A DNA stretch of 64,000 bases from the IMG/VR virus record IMGVR_UViG_3300046804_003518, positions 32,001 through 96,000 of that record. One strand, written 5' to 3'. Positions 27,401-38,170 of the stretch are shown here, one piece after another. This DNA comes from a virus. Positions within the stretch are counted from its first letter, which is position 1. Each line of letters opens with the position of its first letter. The notes under the pieces are model-generated. The model saw nothing but the letters and a program-made list of their open reading frames with translations, did no database searches and had not been told where the DNA came from. Made by a program: the position numbers and the translations under genes.

Positions 27401-28370
27401 TACAACAACATTTGCTACTGCATATGCAACCACAACAATATTCAACACAACTACAACATTTGCTACTGCATATGCTACAACAACGGTATTCAATACAACG
27501 ACAACATTCGACACTGTAATTGATACAAACAAGTCAACTACTTCAGTATTCAATACAACCACAACATTTGCTACTGCCTACCAAACATCAGATGTTAAGT
27601 CAACTAACTTTGATACATCAACTGCCTATAACACTCTTGTTGGTACAAGCAAGTCAACAATATCAACATTTGATACATCTACTACATTTCAGACAGCTTA
27701 TGCAACAAATAGAGTTACTGCTACAGATAGATCAACCGACACTATAATTGGCACTTCTAGAGCAACTGAGACATCTAGAAATACAGCTACTGATAGAAAT
27801 ACCGTAACGGCATTTGAAACTGCATATGCTACAAACATTGCAACAACAACCGTATTTGATACATCAACAACATTTGAAACTTCTTATGCTACTGGTAGAA
27901 ACACATCAACCAACCGTTTAACGACATCGGTGTTTGATACATCAACAACATTTGAAACGACGTATGATACAAACTTTGATACACTAACCAACCGTTCAAC
28001 AACATCGGTATTTGATACATCAACAACATTTGAAACAACTTATAATACAAACTTTGATACACTTACAAGCCGCTCAACAACGTCTGTATTTGATACAACA
28101 ACATCATTTGAAACGACGTATGACACAAATATCCTTACATCAACTTCAAGAAATACAGTATCAACATTTGATACCGAGATTGTAACTGTATTTGATACTG
28201 TAACGGTATTCAATACAACAACATCTTACGACTCGCAATATGGCACAGACCGTGCAACAAGTAAGACAACAACTTCTGTGTTCAATACAGCCTATGCTAC
28301 AAATCGCAATACGGCATTCAACACATCACAAAACACAACATTCAATACAACTATCGAAACATACTTCTAA
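24411..28370 (+). CDS. 1319-aa Thr-rich filament protein: 50-aa attachment domain plus mirror-symmetric arms around an aromatic tip (predicted giant beta-hairpin)
   Basis: N-terminus LFFNDNG.LRE...KVNDGG..R.V..AYVNQNGV.RQIY, then T-x-(R/K/F/Y/I)-x and T-x-T-x-(R/K/F/Y/I)-x units; tip IAYYKWWSNQYFGN at 26445-26486. The function call is inference. Confidence 0.7.
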   Translation: MPGKLFFNDNGTLREAEILKVNDGGILRTVRDAYVNQNGVLRQIYSATKDTSYETSRSTVFETVIVTTFDTTISTNRNTTTAFVTLFETGYDTSKATATNRNTSTSRATAYATTRTTATVFQTLTVFETTIGTNRVTSTSRATTTSFLTNTVFETTINTARNTATSRATTTIFITNTVFETTINTARNTATSKSTATVFDTNTVFDTTINTARNTATSRSTDSVFDTVIGTNRTTLSVFNTVTAFQTTTAFETAYATTTVFNTTTTFDTVIDTARNTATTRSTTTAYDTGYDTSKITNTVFNTGTIKDTVIDTSRSTATSIATTTVFQTAYATSRATATSRSTDTTIDTSRATATSRSTDTTIDTSRATATSRATDTTIVTSRLTDTSQSTTTTFNTTTTFDTAYATTTTFNTTTTFDTAYATTTTFNTTTTFDTIIATTRATDTSRSTTTTFQTTTVFQTTTTFQTTTTFNTITTYITSLGGNTVFQTTTTFNTITTYITTLVAGTTRATDTSRSTTTTFQTTTVFNTITTYITTLVNATSRATDTSRATTTTFQTTTTFGTTFFFNTSKATTFYFNTTTTFGTTFFFNTSKATTFYFNTSVITTTTFITSAVGLTTFITTAVAGTSKATTFYFNTTYITTAAAATSKATTFYFNTSVGGTTYFSSGFITTFYTVIGIAYYKWWSNQYFGNTTRATSVITSKATTFYFGTSAGGTTYFNTTFYFNTVRGTSAGGTTFFNTTFYFNTSRNTTFYFNTARATTSTFITTLGGITTFITTLGGTTSRATGTSVGGITTFITTLGGTTSRATDTSRATTTTFQTTTTFNTTFFFNTTLATATSRATDTSRATTTTFQTTTAFNTTFFFNTTLATATSRATDTSRATTFFFNTTLATATSRATDTSRVTDTSRATDTSRATTTVFQTTTTFETAYATSRATATSRSTDTTISTSRATATSRATDTTISTSRATATSRATTTVFQTTTAFNTAYATTTVFDTTTTFATAYATTTIFNTTTTFATAYATTTVFNTTTTFDTVIDTNKSTTSVFNTTTTFATAYQTSDVKSTNFDTSTAYNTLVGTSKSTISTFDTSTTFQTAYATNRVTATDRSTDTIIGTSRATETSRNTATDRNTVTAFETAYATNIATTTVFDTSTTFETSYATGRNTSTNRLTTSVFDTSTTFETTYDTNFDTLTNRSTTSVFDTSTTFETTYNTNFDTLTSRSTTSVFDTTTSFETTYDTNILTSTSRNTVSTFDTEIVTVFDTVTVFNTTTSYDSQYGTDRATSKTTTSVFNTAYATNRNTAFNTSQNTTFNTTIETYF
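24561..28367 (+). repeat. Coding 4-/6-residue Thr repeat array with mirrored organisation
   Basis: Hand parse: 52 tetramers plus 70 hexamers = 628 aa in the N arm; the identical length series in reverse in the C arm (627 aa, last unit TYF). Confidence 0.9.
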
Positions 28371-28376
28371 ACGCAT

Positions 28377-28384
28377 TATAAATA
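28377..28384 (+). promoter_or_regulatory. T4-type late promoter
   Basis: Exact TATAAATA ahead of the three genes following the Thr-rich gene. Confidence 0.8.
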
Positions 28385-28403
28385 TTAGCATGTCCCAATT
28401 GAG

Positions 28404-28607
28404 GTGATTAACATGATTGATGAACCAAGAGTTAGTAATGAACAGCTTGATAAAAAGCTAGAGTCTTTTGTAGAGGTTGTTCTCCAAAAGATGATTGATC
28501 TCCATCAGGAAATCAAAACGCTAAAAAAGAAAGTCCACGACGCTGAAAAGAAGCTACAGGCCCTTGAACAAGGGTCAACGGAAGTAGACGAGCGTCTTGG
28601 CATTTAA
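28404..28607 (+). CDS. Small coiled-coil protein
   Basis: LHQEIKTLKKKVHDAEKKLQALEQ heptads; start is GTG 28404 or ATG 28413. Confidence 0.55.
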   Translation: MINMIDEPRVSNEQLDKKLESFVEVVLQKMIDLHQEIKTLKKKVHDAEKKLQALEQGSTEVDERLGI

Positions 28608-28621
28608 TAGGAAATTATATT

Positions 28622-29608
28622 ATGGTAGCTGAAGTTCCAGGTAAGGGTGGAAAGAATAAATTCTTTACTATGTCTTCAAATGAGTGGGTAAACGATGATG
28701 TAACCCATTTTATGAAGTCTGGTAATATACTAAGGTCTCCAATCAACGAGAGACTATCCGAAATAGCCAAGCACATTCCTAAGAATCCAAATGGATCCAA
28801 AATTGAGTATGATATCAATTATGGTAGTCCAAGTGGCACAATTGCTGGTTATAAATTTACGGATTTGTTAACTCAGATACTCTATCTTGCTCCATGTAAT
28901 ACCCAAATTGCAACAAAGAATATGATTGATTGCATTAGAAAGGGAGCAACTCCAGAAGGCCATAGAATTGTAGAGGCCCTAAGGGCAAATCTCACCGATA
29001 AGTATCTTTTAGACGAAGACCTTGATCTTGAATACGGCGATGTTAACGAATTAGTGCTCCTCCCAGGTACTAACCTTATAACAAAAGATGCTGTGGACTT
29101 TAAGAAGGTAGACGAACTCTATAATAATGGAGCTTGGGTTAAGCTCCATCCTATTACCGCTAAGGTTTGGCAAACTATGCTTGAAAAAAGATTCAAGGGT
29201 AGAGTTGTAAAAAACGAAGCATCAATGTATCCAATATTGAAGCGCTCAAAGAAGGTTTACTTCACCCTATCCTCTGAAACCGGATGTGCTGCCGTTCTTT
29301 TAGGTAAGGGAATTGGTCTTATTGATAATAAAGAAGCAAAGGTTGGTAAGACATTTGAAGCTGTTTATATGTCACTTGACAGAAGTGGCGTAAAGGATAA
29401 ACTAATTAATAAGTTTGCTGCCCTCATGTCCTACCCTGAATCAGGATTGATTAGCGTTCACCACGAAAATAAAGAAGAATGTATTCAAAGATTTTTTGAC
29501 AACATGAAGCAGCATAGACACGTTACGTTATCAAAGAAGCCTGGTGAAGAAGGGGATGATGTTATTGTAAAAGAGCTAGAACAACAGGGTGGATTGAAGC
29601 AACAATGA
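28622..29608 (+). CDS. Putative GT-B glycosyltransferase-like protein (capsule synthesis KpsS/KpsC-like C-terminal pattern)
   Basis: VLLPG...WVKLHP...LKRSKKVYFTLSSETGCAAVLLGK resembles the VKxHP...LI..A..V.T.NS.VG.EA.L.GK pattern. Remote similarity only. Confidence 0.45.
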   Translation: MVAEVPGKGGKNKFFTMSSNEWVNDDVTHFMKSGNILRSPINERLSEIAKHIPKNPNGSKIEYDINYGSPSGTIAGYKFTDLLTQILYLAPCNTQIATKNMIDCIRKGATPEGHRIVEALRANLTDKYLLDEDLDLEYGDVNELVLLPGTNLITKDAVDFKKVDELYNNGAWVKLHPITAKVWQTMLEKRFKGRVVKNEASMYPILKRSKKVYFTLSSETGCAAVLLGKGIGLIDNKEAKVGKTFEAVYMSLDRSGVKDKLINKFAALMSYPESGLISVHHENKEECIQRFFDNMKQHRHVTLSKKPGEEGDDVIVKELEQQGGLKQQ

Positions 29609-30498
29609 AAACTATATTAATTGCCCAACATCATGGTACGTTTTTTACCTTAAATTCTTTAAAAGAAAAAGGTATAACGGATGTAACTATTATTATTCCC
29701 GGTAGCCAAGTTAACAAGTACAATGATATGTACAATAATAACTCTAGCAATCCAGAATATAAGCCATTTGAAAAGTATGACAATTTGGTTTCTTCTTTCC
29801 TAAAGAAGAATAATCTCAATTACAAGGCCTATGTTGTAGAAGATTTTGATGTTAGGAACACATTAGTTTCAACACTAAAGGTTATTGCTGATTTGGGATA
29901 TCAAGAAATTGTAGCGTGCATTTTGAGTGGTACTGTTGTTAATAAAGACTATAGATCAACCGCCAAAGAAGCCTTAAACTTTAAGACATTTGGAATGTGT
30001 TATTCCAGAGTTTATCATGGCCACAATCAGCTCTCAATGTACCACATGCTTGGATTGCCTCAACATGATCCATCATTGGATTTAAACTTTTTTATTGTTG
30101 ACATGAGCAAAATTAAACTTTCTGACTTGCAGAAGGGAGACGGTGAGCTTTTATCTGAGTCTGTTAAGAAAAAGCAAGTAAACATTATTGGTAGAGAATA
30201 TAATGGAAAGGACGATGCGCTAATTGGTACTGCAATTTCTGCTCGCCAAACAATTGCCCACAATCTTAAAATCCAATCAGGTTACATTGTCAACTTATGG
30301 AATAAGTCGATCAAAGCAAATAGTCTATTGAAATCAGAAGAATTCTATGGCTACCCTTTGAATATATACAGCACTCTTGGGGCAAATCTTGACGGGTATC
30401 TACCAAAAAGTACGCTGGATAAGATCATCACGAATGGTAAAGAAACGGAAAAACTCACTAGCGGTCTTTATGAATGTCTGGATATAATTGATCTATAA
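29605..30498 (+). CDS. Hypothetical protein, possibly a degenerate GT-A fold
   Basis: Rossmann-like start (KTILIA...TLNSL...DVTIII) and a DLNFFIVDM segment reminiscent of GT8 FNSG-type strands; no clear DXD. The ORF itself is secure. Confidence 0.35.
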   Translation: MKTILIAQHHGTFFTLNSLKEKGITDVTIIIPGSQVNKYNDMYNNNSSNPEYKPFEKYDNLVSSFLKKNNLNYKAYVVEDFDVRNTLVSTLKVIADLGYQEIVACILSGTVVNKDYRSTAKEALNFKTFGMCYSRVYHGHNQLSMYHMLGLPQHDPSLDLNFFIVDMSKIKLSDLQKGDGELLSESVKKKQVNIIGREYNGKDDALIGTAISARQTIAHNLKIQSGYIVNLWNKSIKANSLLKSEEFYGYPLNIYSTLGANLDGYLPKSTLDKIITNGKETEKLTSGLYECLDIIDL

Positions 30499-30501
30499 AT
30501 A
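30494..30501 (+). promoter_or_regulatory. T4-type late promoter
   Basis: Exact TATAAATA upstream of gp13. Confidence 0.8.
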
Positions 30502-30533
30502 CATGTACAGAGTATTTTTAGAGGGTCAATCCC

Positions 30534-31274
30534 ATGGCAGTTCCAGCAACTAGATCTGAATTTAAAGAGTATTGCCTTCGTAAACTAGGTAAGCCAGTCA
30601 TTGAAATCAACGTTGATGATGATCAGGTTGAAGACCGTATTGACGAGGCGTTGAAATACTACTGGGATTATCATTTTGATGGGTCTGAGAAGACATATTA
30701 CAAACATCTAATTACAGCCTCAGATATTGCTAACAAATACATTACTCTACCAGAAAACATTATTGGTGTTGTTAAGCTATTCCCTGTTGGCCAAAGCTTA
30801 AACACAATGAATCTTTTCAACATCCGCTACCAGATTGCGTTAAATGATCTTTACACTCTAACAACGCAATCCATGATTCCATATGTCATGGCAATGCAGC
30901 ATATTCAATTCCTAGAAGAAATTTTAGTTGGCCAGAAGCCAGTCCGTTATAGCAGACACAAAGATAGATTGTTTATTGATATGGATTGGGGCCAGGCTGT
31001 TGAAGGTGAGTATTTTGTTGTGGAGGCGTACCAAGTAATAGATCCAGATACATTTACAGATGTTTGGGGCGATCGCTGGCTATCCCTCTACACAACTGCA
31101 CTTATTAAGTATCAATGGGGATCAAACCTAACTAAATTTACTGGTATGGTTCTTCCTGGTGGCGTTCAATTCAATGGTGAAAAAATCCAGGATGATGCCA
31201 AGGCTGAGATTGAGGCACTAGAGCAAGAAATGCAGACATCATATACATTACCAGCATACCATATGGTAGGATAA
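30534..31274 (+). CDS. gp13: Neck protein
   Basis: EYCLRKLGKPVIEINVDDDQVEDRIDEAL..YWDYHFDG...WGSNLTKF.G..LPGGV.FNG. Confidence 0.95.
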   Translation: MAVPATRSEFKEYCLRKLGKPVIEINVDDDQVEDRIDEALKYYWDYHFDGSEKTYYKHLITASDIANKYITLPENIIGVVKLFPVGQSLNTMNLFNIRYQIALNDLYTLTTQSMIPYVMAMQHIQFLEEILVGQKPVRYSRHKDRLFIDMDWGQAVEGEYFVVEAYQVIDPDTFTDVWGDRWLSLYTTALIKYQWGSNLTKFTGMVLPGGVQFNGEKIQDDAKAEIEALEQEMQTSYTLPAYHMVG

Positions 31275-31275
31275 C

Positions 31276-31944
31276 GTGGCTACCAACTTTTACTTTAATA
31301 ATTTTCAAAATAGCCAAGAACAAAACTTAATTGAAGATCTAGTAATAGAATCAATTAAGATCTATGGCCATGAGGTTTGGTATTGCCCAAGAACAGTTAC
31401 TGTTGAGGAGTCTATCTTCAAAGAAGACCAGCTAGCTGCCTTCAACAATGCCTACTCTATTGAAATGTATATTAAAAATGTTGAGGGCTTTGAGGGTGAG
31501 GGCGATTTCTTATCTAAGTTTGGTTTACAAATTAGAGACAGAATCACATTCACAGTTTCAAGAAGATCATTTACAGATGAAGTAACTGGTCTTACAAGAC
31601 CAAAGGAAGGAGATATGGTCTTCTTTCCATTAACCTCAAAGGGATATGTGGTGAGATTTGTTGAGCACGAGGCAATCTTTTATCAAATGGGTTCACTACA
31701 AACATTTGATCTCGTATGTGAATTGTTTGAGTTTAACCAGGAAACATTCAATACTGGCGTTGATATTATTGATGATACCTATAATGATCTAAGCTTTGCT
31801 ATGGCCAATAATACTCAGCAGGTTACCCAGTTCAATATTTCTACAATCGATAAGCAGGCTCAGAACGAAGAGTTTGAAACAAAGGGTAGCGATATTCTTG
31901 ACTTCACTGAAATCAATCCATTCTCAGAGGCTAATACCTACTAA
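31276..31944 (+). CDS. gp14: Neck protein / head closure
   Basis: EQNLIEDLVIESIKIYG...IEMY...EGFEGEGDFLSKFGL.IRD...P.EGD..FFP; GTG start. Confidence 0.95.
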   Translation: MATNFYFNNFQNSQEQNLIEDLVIESIKIYGHEVWYCPRTVTVEESIFKEDQLAAFNNAYSIEMYIKNVEGFEGEGDFLSKFGLQIRDRITFTVSRRSFTDEVTGLTRPKEGDMVFFPLTSKGYVVRFVEHEAIFYQMGSLQTFDLVCELFEFNQETFNTGVDIIDDTYNDLSFAMANNTQQVTQFNISTIDKQAQNEEFETKGSDILDFTEINPFSEANTY

Positions 31945-33060
31945 TGTTTGGCAACGAATTTTATCACGAGACAATTAGACGCTATGTCATCGTATTTGGT
32001 ACGATGTTTAATGATATGGTCGTCTGGAGAAAGAATGCCGCTGGTACTATCGTTAAGCGCATTAAGGTGCCTATTGCCTATGGACCTAGAGCAAAGTTTT
32101 TATCAAGAATTCAACAAGATCCAAATTTAACAAAACCAGATGCAATTAGCTTACCAAGAATGAGTTTCCAAATTACTGGATACAATTATGATGCGTCTAG
32201 AAAACTTTCAACTGCTAATCAAATCAAAACACCAGCTGATTCCGACAGGAAAAATTCATCCGTATATAACCCTGTCCCTTGGAACATAGATTTTGACTTG
32301 TCAATTTACGTTTTAAATGCTGAAGATGGTACGATGCTAATTGAGCAAATACTACCATACTTTACTCCAGAGTGGACAAATACTATTAAGCTTGTAGACG
32401 ATTTAGATCTTCGTATGGATGTCCCAGTTGTATTAAATACTATTACAACCGAAGACACATATGAGGATGCTTATGAAAATAGAAGAACTATTATTCATAC
32501 ATTAAATTTTACAATGAAGGGTTATGTGTTTGGTCCAGTTAAAGATAAGAATATTATTAATACAGCTCTAACAAGAACATTCGTTGCTCCTGGATTTGAA
32601 GCTGATATTGAAACTGCAAATAGTGGACCAAATGCAGTAATTGGTGTGGGAATAACAAACGCTGGCAGCGGCTATGTCAACAATCAGATTATTACATTCT
32701 CTAATGGTACAAGCAACAGCACTGCTAAGATTACTACAAACGCTACTGGCTCTATTACCAGCCTAGTAATACTAACTGGTGGTAACTTTGCAAATTCATC
32801 TATTATCAGAACTCAAGTTGCTAATACTACAACTACATCTAATGCAACAAACGGTAACACTTCTGCAGGTACTGGTGCAGTATTTAATGTAACGCTTGGC
32901 TCTGAACTATTCTACACAACTGTTACAGTAGCACCTGGATTGGATGCTAATGGTAATCCAACCACAAACGCTGAAATATCAATTGCCGCCAATAGTATTG
33001 CTGCTAACGATAATTGGGACTTTATCATTACAACAAATACGAACCCCAATTTTCCAGTAG

Positions 33061-33089
<29 letters not shown>
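31944..33089 (+). CDS. gp15: Tail terminator / sheath stabiliser with an added C-terminal beta-sandwich module
   Basis: FYHETIRRYVIVFGTMFN...IKVPIAYGP..KFL.R...LPRMSF...EQILPYF.PEW; extra ~95-aa GSGY module at about 32630-32903. Confidence 0.93.
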
Positions 33090-35164
<2,075 letters not shown>

Positions 35165-35183
35165 AACATGAACCCAGGGAATT

Positions 35184-35191
35184 TATAAATA
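35184..35191 (+). promoter_or_regulatory. T4-type late promoter
   Basis: Exact TATAAATA upstream of gp18. Confidence 0.85.
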
Positions 35192-35237
35192 ATTTCAGTA
35201 GCTTTATTCAATAGATTTGTCTACGAGGAGAATCACG

Positions 35238-37550
35238 ATGGCATTTCAAGTTAGCCCAGGCGTAAACGTAAGCGAAATCGACTTGACAACAGTGGTTCCT
35301 GCCGTATCCACCACAGAAGGTGGCATTGCAGGTACATTCCGCTGGGGTCCAGTAAACGAGCGCGTAAACATGTCTTCAGAAGTTGAACTAGTCAAAACAT
35401 TTGGTAAGCCAAGTGACGACAACTTCGAGACGTTCCATGTTGCATCTTCATTTCTAGCATATGGCAACCAGCTATATGTTGTTCGTGCTGCTGACGCAAA
35501 TGCATATAATGCATACGCAAACACATCAGCCGCCACAGACCTACAAGTTAAGAATCTAGATGACTACTTAACAAAGACAACAGGTTCCGGCCAAGGTGCA
35601 ATTTACCGCGCCAAGTGCCCAGGTTCAATTGGTAATTCACTAAAGGTTTCTATTTGCGACTCTGCAAATGCATACCAATCCAATTTAATGTCATCTGTTA
35701 ACAACAGCAACAACACACTAACATTTGCAGTGTCAGTTGGTGCAAACACAGGTACATTAACAGCAACACAAGCATCACAAAACGTAACAGCAATCACAGT
35801 ATCAGCTGGTGGTTCTGGTTACAACAATGCAGACGTTATTGTTCTTTCAAACGGTGCTGCAAACACAGGTAACTGCACAATTGTAACAAACTCAACTGGT
35901 GGTATTACATCAGTAACAGTTGTTGGTGGTGGTCAGTTCCCAAATACATCAGTAATTAGAGTACAAGTTGCTAACTCAACAGCAGGTGCCAACTCAACAA
36001 ATGGCAACACATCAGCTGGTGCAAGTGCTACATTCTCAATTACGCTTGGTTCAACAGCTGCTGCTAACTCATTAGCAAATACAGAACTAAACACACAGCT
36101 AGACCTAATTACAGTAGGCGACAAGCTAAAGGTTGGTTCACAGTATCTAAAGGTTACATCAGTTGGTGCTACATCAGGTGTCTCAAACGGTGTAGTAAGA
36201 GCAACGCTAAGCTTTGAAGACCTATACACAGGTTCAGCTGCTGTTAGCAAGTCAACAAACTCAACTTCAACAGAAGCAGTAACACGTTACTGGGAATTCT
36301 TTGATGTTGTTGATTCAGCTCCAGGTACATCAGCATATGTTTCAGAGCGTGGTGGTTCATCAGATGAACTACACGTTGTAATTGCTGACGAAGATGGTAT
36401 ATTCACTGGCGTCAAGAATACAATTCTTGAGAAGTGGGAAAGAGTATCAAGAGCAACTGATGCCAAGAGAGAAGGCGCCACAATCTACTATAAGGACGTT
36501 ATCAATAACGGTTCAGATTATGTTTGGTGGTTTAAGGACAATGGCTCAGCTGCTTCAAACACAGCAGTCAATATGTCATCAGCCGACGTCAACGCTAAGC
36601 CAACTACAAAGTCATTTGCGGGTGGTTCAGATGGTGGTGGCGAAGCAAACATTGCATTCTCTTACCTAGCTTCTGCATACGACAAGTTTGCTGCTGCTGA
36701 TGAAGTAGATGTTTCTCTACTTCTAACAGGTAAGGCAAGAGGCGGTACATACGGTGAGCAGCTAGCTAACTACCTAATTGACAATGTTGCAGAAGTTCGT
36801 AAGGACTGCGTAGTATTCGCATCCCCAGAAAGAGGCGATGTTGTTGGTATACAATCAGGCACACAAGCTGTCAATATTGTAGAGTTCAGAAATGCTCTAA
36901 GATCATCTTCATACGGTGTTCTAGATTCTGGCTACAAGTACACATACGATCGTTACAACGATGTATACCGCTTTGTACCACTAAATGGTGATACGGCTGG
37001 TCTATGTGTAAGAACTGACAATCTACGTGATCCATGGTGGTCACCAGCTGGCTTCAATAGAGGTCAGATTAAGAACATTGTCAAGCTAGCTTACAATCCA
37101 GATAAGGCTGACAGAGATACACTATACAAGGCAGGCGTCAATCCAGTGGTTACATTCCCTGGTCAGGGCACAGTGTTGTTTGGTGACAAGACTCTACTAG
37201 CTAAGCCATCAGCATTTGATAGAATCAACGTACGCAGATTGTTCATTGTCCTAGAGAAGGCAATTGCTACAGCTGCTAAGTTCACACTATTCGAGTTCAA
37301 CGATGACTTCACAAGAGCCCAGTTCCGTAACTTAGTAGAGCCATATCTACGTGAGATCCAAGGCCGTCGTGGTATCTATGACTTTAAAGTAGTCTGCGAT
37401 ACAACGAATAACACGGCTGAAGTAATTGATAGCAATCAGTTTGTTGGAGACATCTACATCAAGCCTGCTCGCTCAATTAACTTCATCCAGCTAAACTTCG
37501 TAGCAGTACGCACTGGTGTCGAGTTCAGCGAAGTTGTTGGCCAGTTCTAA
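35238..37550 (+). CDS. gp18: Tail sheath protein with an inserted beta-sandwich module
   Basis: MAFQVSPGV.VSEIDLT...F.WGP...PWWSPAGFNRG...GTVLFGDKT...FDRINVRRLF...IYIKPARSINFI.LNFVA; RBS GAGGAG. Confidence 0.97.
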   Translation: MAFQVSPGVNVSEIDLTTVVPAVSTTEGGIAGTFRWGPVNERVNMSSEVELVKTFGKPSDDNFETFHVASSFLAYGNQLYVVRAADANAYNAYANTSAATDLQVKNLDDYLTKTTGSGQGAIYRAKCPGSIGNSLKVSICDSANAYQSNLMSSVNNSNNTLTFAVSVGANTGTLTATQASQNVTAITVSAGGSGYNNADVIVLSNGAANTGNCTIVTNSTGGITSVTVVGGGQFPNTSVIRVQVANSTAGANSTNGNTSAGASATFSITLGSTAAANSLANTELNTQLDLITVGDKLKVGSQYLKVTSVGATSGVSNGVVRATLSFEDLYTGSAAVSKSTNSTSTEAVTRYWEFFDVVDSAPGTSAYVSERGGSSDELHVVIADEDGIFTGVKNTILEKWERVSRATDAKREGATIYYKDVINNGSDYVWWFKDNGSAASNTAVNMSSADVNAKPTTKSFAGGSDGGGEANIAFSYLASAYDKFAAADEVDVSLLLTGKARGGTYGEQLANYLIDNVAEVRKDCVVFASPERGDVVGIQSGTQAVNIVEFRNALRSSSYGVLDSGYKYTYDRYNDVYRFVPLNGDTAGLCVRTDNLRDPWWSPAGFNRGQIKNIVKLAYNPDKADRDTLYKAGVNPVVTFPGQGTVLFGDKTLLAKPSAFDRINVRRLFIVLEKAIATAAKFTLFEFNDDFTRAQFRNLVEPYLREIQGRRGIYDFKVVCDTTNNTAEVIDSNQFVGDIYIKPARSINFIQLNFVAVRTGVEFSEVVGQF

Positions 37551-37569
37551 TTGATAAGGAGAGACGTAA

Positions 37570-38106
37570 ATGGCATTCAATATTAACGAAATTAAGAGTC
37601 AGCTAGCACTTGGTGGTGCTCGCCCATCTCTTTTCCAAGTAAGACTTACAAATCCAGCAACGTCCGAAGCCGATGCAGTCGTACCATTCATGGTTAAGGC
37701 TGCCCAGATTCCAGCTTCAACAATTGCTCCGATTGAAGTCTTCTACTTTGGCCGACCAATTAAGTTGGCTGGCCAAAGAGTGTTTGATAACTGGACAGTC
37801 ACAGTTATCAACGATGAAGACTTTAAGGTCAGAAAGGCATTGGAGACATGGTCGTATAACATCAACTCATATTCAGGTAACATTCGCGAATTTCCAACAT
37901 CCGCACCATCTGAATATAAGTCACGTGCTGAAGTTATCCAATATAGCAAGACAGGTGAAGAACTACGCACATACGTCTTCGAAGGTCTATTCCCACTAGC
38001 AATCGGTCCAATCGAGCTATCATGGGAAAATGGTAACGCCATCGAAGAATTCCAGTGTGAGTTTGCTCTAGATTACTGGACAGTCCCAGAAGACGGTCAA
38101 GAGTAA
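37570..38106 (+). CDS. gp19: Tail tube protein
   Basis: GGARP.LFQV...KAAQIPAS......V...GR.IKLAG.R.F..WTVTVINDEDF..R. Confidence 0.95.
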   Translation: MAFNINEIKSQLALGGARPSLFQVRLTNPATSEADAVVPFMVKAAQIPASTIAPIEVFYFGRPIKLAGQRVFDNWTVTVINDEDFKVRKALETWSYNINSYSGNIREFPTSAPSEYKSRAEVIQYSKTGEELRTYVFEGLFPLAIGPIELSWENGNAIEEFQCEFALDYWTVPEDGQE

Positions 38107-38118
38107 TAAGGGTTTGGG

Positions 38119-38143
38119 AGGGCCGCTAAATATAAGCGGCCCT
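38119..38143 (+). promoter_or_regulatory. GC-rich hairpin whose arm and loop contain a late-promoter-like GCTAAATA (38125-38132)
   Basis: AGGGCCGCT-aaatata-AGCGGCCCT between gp19 and gp20; only a weak U-tract follows. Confidence 0.65.
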
Positions 38144-38170
38144 TCTACTCTTATCTAGAGGTTATATAAT

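Noticed and set aside
24561-28367. Repeat array as a CRISPR array, DNA inverted repeat or assembly artefact
   Set aside because: The repeats are in frame, synonymously diverged and have no repeat-spacer structure. Both arms are ACA/ACT-rich on the same strand, so the symmetry is at protein level and not a DNA palindrome. A collapsed or expanded assembly would not preserve a 122-unit mirror pattern.
24411-28370. Simple disordered mucin-like or ice-nucleation-type protein
   Set aside because: It lacks the Pro richness of mucins and the fixed-period repeats of ice-binding beta-helices. Strict two-residue alternation and mirrored irregular spacing point to an antiparallel pairing constraint.
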